This document shows, one piece after another, positions 60,851-64,000 of a stretch of DNA of 64,000 nucleotides; within the stretch, counting starts at the first letter, position 1; the number at the start of each line of letters is the position of its first letter. The stretch covers positions 64,001 to 128,000 of the IMG/VR virus record IMGVR_UViG_2907233695_000001, one strand, 5' to 3'. Under the pieces are notes generated by a model, which worked only from the letters and a program-made list of their open reading frames with translations, did not search any database and had not been told where the DNA came from. The stretch comes from a virus. Its lineage: Duplodnaviria > Caudoviricetes. Position numbers and translations under genes: made by a program.

Positions 60851-61873
60851 ATGCCTAGAAAAACATTTAAAAAGCAAATCACATCACCAGAACTGACAGA
60901 ACAAATAAATCAAAAAAATAAGAAACTGATTGATCGTTTCTTGAAGGAAAAAAATACACGATGTTCAGACACAACAATTGAAGCTTACACCAGCGACTTA
61001 AATATTTTCTTCACATGGAATCTTCTGAATAATGAAAATAAATTTTTCATTGAAATTAAGAAGATTGAATTCGCAGATTTCTTTAGTTACTGTGTTGAAG
61101 AATTAAAGTGGGGTTCTGCTCGTTTTGGACGAATGAAGTCTTGCCTTAGTTCGCTCTCTGAATTTATCATTCGATACTATGATGAAGATCATCCCAATTT
61201 TAGAAATGTTATCCTAAAAGCAATTGAATCAATGCCTCGTAACCCTGTACGAGAAAAAACGATTTTATCTGAAGAACAAGTAAATAGTCTTTTGAATCAT
61301 CTTAAAAATGAAATCAGCAGACCTCAAGAAGCCTGTCTTCTCGCGTTAGCAATCGCAAGTGGTGCAAGGGTCTCTGAGTGGCTACGATTCACAACCGATA
61401 TCATAGATGAAAATAACACGGCTTTTGAAGATATGTTTCTTGAGACTACTAAGAAAATAAAAACTAAAGGCCGAACCAAGACAGGCAAAATGATTGAGAA
61501 GTATATAATTAAAGACATTTTCCTGCCCTATTATAAAGACTGGTTGGTTGAGAGAGAAAGAATTATGAATGACAAAGGCAAGGATCATAATTCAATCTTT
61601 ATTAAAAGAGATGGTGAACCTGCCACAGTTGAGACAGTTCGAGGATGGATCGAAAAATGGGAATTATTTTTGGGAGTTCCTTTCTATCCTCATTGCCTTC
61701 GTCATTTCATAACTACCTACATGTCTCGTCTAGGAATGTCTTCTGATTTTATCGTTGAAGTGATGGGATGGAATTCTACTGACATGGTTAAGGTCTATAA
61801 CGACTTAACCGCTAAAGAAAAGAAATGGAAAGACCTAGAAAAACTGAAGGATCACTTAACTAAAACAGAATAA
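60851..61873 (+). CDS. Tyrosine recombinase (YomM-like) within the tail module
   Basis: SGARVSE, KTKG, HCLR, MGW, VKVY; stop codon lies inside an 18-bp palindrome (61870-61887). Confidence 0.88.
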   Translation: MPRKTFKKQITSPELTEQINQKNKKLIDRFLKEKNTRCSDTTIEAYTSDLNIFFTWNLLNNENKFFIEIKKIEFADFFSYCVEELKWGSARFGRMKSCLSSLSEFIIRYYDEDHPNFRNVILKAIESMPRNPVREKTILSEEQVNSLLNHLKNEISRPQEACLLALAIASGARVSEWLRFTTDIIDENNTAFEDMFLETTKKIKTKGRTKTGKMIEKYIIKDIFLPYYKDWLVERERIMNDKGKDHNSIFIKRDGEPATVETVRGWIEKWELFLGVPFYPHCLRHFITTYMSRLGMSSDFIVEVMGWNSTDMVKVYNDLTAKEKKWKDLEKLKDHLTKTE

Positions 61874-61995
61874 AATCACACTTTCATTCCATCGCACAAA
61901 AAAAACAAAATAAGCAAGTTTGACTAAGAGAGCCAAATTTACAGGTTCTCTTTTTTATATCTAACAAAACAAAAAAACATAGGAGGAATTATAAA

Positions 61996-62466
61996 ATGAT
62001 TGATGCAAATATCAAAGTAACAGGGCGCTTAAAAGTTGATTTATATCGCGATGGCGTACTTGTACAAGAAGGTCAATGGAGAGACAACGTTGTAACGACA
62101 GCAGGTAAAAACTCTCTCGCATCTTTGTTGAACTCTGCAAGCGCAGGTACATCTCTTGTTACTCACATGGGCTTTGGCACATCTGCTACCGCAGTTGCCG
62201 CTGGAGATACTGCACTCGGCGCAGAATTAACAATTGGATCAGCAGGATATAACCGTGTTTCTGTAACTCGTTCTAATCCATCTGGTAACGTAATTCAATA
62301 CCAAGCTACTTTAACTGGAGTAACCTCTACACCTACGATTCAAGAATGCGGCCTTTTCAGTGCTTCCTCTGCTGGCACATTATTCGCTCATCAACTTACA
62401 GGAGCAGTAACTTTATCATCCTCTTCTGACAGTCTTCAAATTACATGGCAAGTAACGTTTAGTTAA
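61996..62466 (+). CDS. Tail fibre/baseplate-type structural protein
   Basis: NVVTTAG...HMGFGT...DTAL..E...IQECGLF....GTLFAH. Confidence 0.65.
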   Translation: MIDANIKVTGRLKVDLYRDGVLVQEGQWRDNVVTTAGKNSLASLLNSASAGTSLVTHMGFGTSATAVAAGDTALGAELTIGSAGYNRVSVTRSNPSGNVIQYQATLTGVTSTPTIQECGLFSASSAGTLFAHQLTGAVTLSSSSDSLQITWQVTFS

Positions 62467-62520
62467 TAGCGTGGCAGAGACTATGTTAAATGGTATTTTA
62501 TTATTTAAGGGGGTAATTAT

Positions 62521-62811
62521 ATGGCAGTAGGTGACGTAACATCGGGATTATCTGCATCCGTAGCAAATAACGGCACAGTTAACATTCAGCCTGCATCAGG
62601 TGCGGAATGGGTTGTCCATAACGTGTACTATTCCGGTGCGGTGGAGTTCTACATTGTGAACGGCGCGAACTCCATTAAATTCGATTCAGATACCTCTTTT
62701 GGTGCGCGTTTGGGTGCGGTATTCCACGTAAACAACACGCAATATCTGCAAATCAAAAACGTGTCGGGCGGCGCAGTCAATATTGCCTATGACGGCGTTG
62801 TAACGAAGTAG
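62521..62811 (+). CDS. Small beta-rich virion protein
   Basis: RBS; beta-rich composition. Confidence 0.55.
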   Translation: MAVGDVTSGLSASVANNGTVNIQPASGAEWVVHNVYYSGAVEFYIVNGANSIKFDSDTSFGARLGAVFHVNNTQYLQIKNVSGGAVNIAYDGVVTK

Positions 62812-62819
62812 GTGAAAAT

Positions 62820-63599
62820 ATGAGCGTGAAATGGTTAGGCGATACCCGAGCGAATTATAAAGACCTCGGCGAACTTGTTGCAAGATATGTATTTAATGGT
62901 AATAAATCCGTATCAGTCTCTAGTGTTGATACGGTTAATAACATTTTTACAAGTACAGCACATGGTCTTACAAATGGTCAGAGGGTTGCAATATTTCTTA
63001 ATCAAAATGCAGGCAAGATACATCCCTTTACCGCTTTTCCTACAGGGTTTTCAACGAACAATTCTTATTATTATGTGGTCAATGCTACAACGGATACCTT
63101 TCAGGTATCTGCAACATCAGGCGGGGCGGCAAAAACTATAAGTGGTGGAGATATAACCAAGTGGCATTTTGAAGTGATAGGAGCGACTCTAATAAGCATT
63201 TCTAATCTTCCACCCGCCCCAAAATATAGATGTATTTTGTATGGCACAACAGCGTCGAATGTTTCGTTAATGCTTTACCCTAGTGCGCCTAACAACTGGA
63301 ACGATAACAGTTCGATAAGGTACGCAGATAACACATTCGGTAACTGTAGTCTTGGCAGTAGTGCGAATTATTGGAACTATGTAGAAGCGTATTTCGATTC
63401 AACTGGAATCGCCAAAGCAAGCTATAAAGGAAAAACAATAACGGCTTCACCGTCGGCGGCGACGTTTACAGGTACAAGTATAACTGACGCTTTTGTATTT
63501 ACAAACACGACATTCGCTGATTCCTTAATTTCGGGGATTACGTTCAATTGTGGGGAACTAATTGCTAACGGAACGGTAATGGAGGTGTATACGGCATGA
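62820..63599 (+). CDS. Fibre/receptor-binding-like protein
   Basis: TAHGLTNGQ...YYVVNATTDTFQVSATSGG domain. Confidence 0.6.
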   Translation: MSVKWLGDTRANYKDLGELVARYVFNGNKSVSVSSVDTVNNIFTSTAHGLTNGQRVAIFLNQNAGKIHPFTAFPTGFSTNNSYYYVVNATTDTFQVSATSGGAAKTISGGDITKWHFEVIGATLISISNLPPAPKYRCILYGTTASNVSLMLYPSAPNNWNDNSSIRYADNTFGNCSLGSSANYWNYVEAYFDSTGIAKASYKGKTITASPSAATFTGTSITDAFVFTNTTFADSLISGITFNCGELIANGTVMEVYTA

Positions 63600-64000
63600 A
63601 AAGTGCAAACTTCGATGCGCTAACAGGTGAAGTTACTTATGTAGATGCACCCGTGAATACACTATCGCTTTCCGAAGCACAAACACAACAAATTACATTA
63701 ATTACAAATGATTATCGAAGGGCAACTCAAACTTTTCAATCTTCAGCATTAGGCTCTGTTTTTACTTACTTAGCCGATGACACATCACTAGGTAAATTTA
63801 ACGCAGAGTATGCTTATGTTAATAGCACTGACTATGACGGACTACCTATTTTATGGTATACCTTGGAACAAGGTGGAGTAAACCATACAAAAGACCAGTT
63901 CTGCCAAGTTTGGAAAGACGGAAGGCTGTATCTTCGGGATAAATTCAATAAATGGGATACGCTGGTTAAACAAATTAAATCAAATACCAAGGAATCAGAT
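63596..64000 (+). CDS. DUF4376-like tail fibre assembly protein (partial)
   Basis: Read manually: FQSSALGSVFTY...HTKDQF.QV..DG; GGAGGTG RBS. Confidence 0.55.
   Translation, partial: MKSANFDALTGEVTYVDAPVNTLSLSEAQTQQITLITNDYRRATQTFQSSALGSVFTYLADDTSLGKFNAEYAYVNSTDYDGLPILWYTLEQGGVNHTKDQFCQVWKDGRLYLRDKFNKWDTLVKQIKSNTKESD

Larger units (their letters stand above)
1..64000. mobile_element. Segment of a large SPbeta/c-st-like temperate phage (possibly phage-plasmid)
   Basis: YonO-type RNAP followed by HU, phosphoesterase, terminase, portal, capsid and tail genes in SPbeta yon/yom order; no host housekeeping genes; TubZ present. Confidence 0.93.

Noticed and set aside
1-64000. Arbitrium aimR/aimP locus
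   Set aside because: No TPR receptor or signal-peptide propeptide pair visible in this window

Overview
This is a 64-kb segment of a large, AT-rich SPbeta/c-st-like temperate siphophage of a spore-forming Bacillota host. It may be a plasmidial prophage, since it carries a TubR/TubZ pair. Layout: (1) 1-21.6 kb is a leftward early/accessory arm of dozens of small ORFs, with XRE regulators, an orphan PemK/MazF toxin, an M23 peptidase, an RsfA-like fusion and DUF3560/LPD25-type polyvalent proteins. (2) 21.6-22.45 kb is a repeat-rich non-coding region, a candidate terminus or origin. (3) 22.4-31.2 kb is a leftward replication block with an AEP-type primase plus Zn finger, a RecD2 helicase, a tyrosine recombinase, endonucleases and two Cro paralogues. 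(4) 31.4-38.6 kb is a mostly rightward cluster of TubR-like, TubZ, pilin-like, VirB6/TrbL-like and FtsK/SpoIIIE genes. (5) 39.2-64 kb holds the YonO-type single-subunit RNA polymerase, HU, PhoH, a YonJ-like phosphoesterase, ClpP, terminase, portal, capsid and tail genes, and a YomM-like tyrosine recombinase. The most striking unannotated signals are: about 20 copies of an 18-bp palindrome (about WTRAA-N8-TTYAW) at gene 3' ends, giving an integron-like promoter-site-ORF-site-ORF array; a tubulin plus minimal T4SS-like plus SpoIIIE module with sporulation-sigma-like promoters; an 8-copy operator embedded in early sigma-A promoters; a perfect 17-bp inverted repeat inside the primase gene; and anti-Shine-Dalgarno structured leaders in the late region. 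All family calls come from motifs recognised by eye and from gene order; no searches were run.
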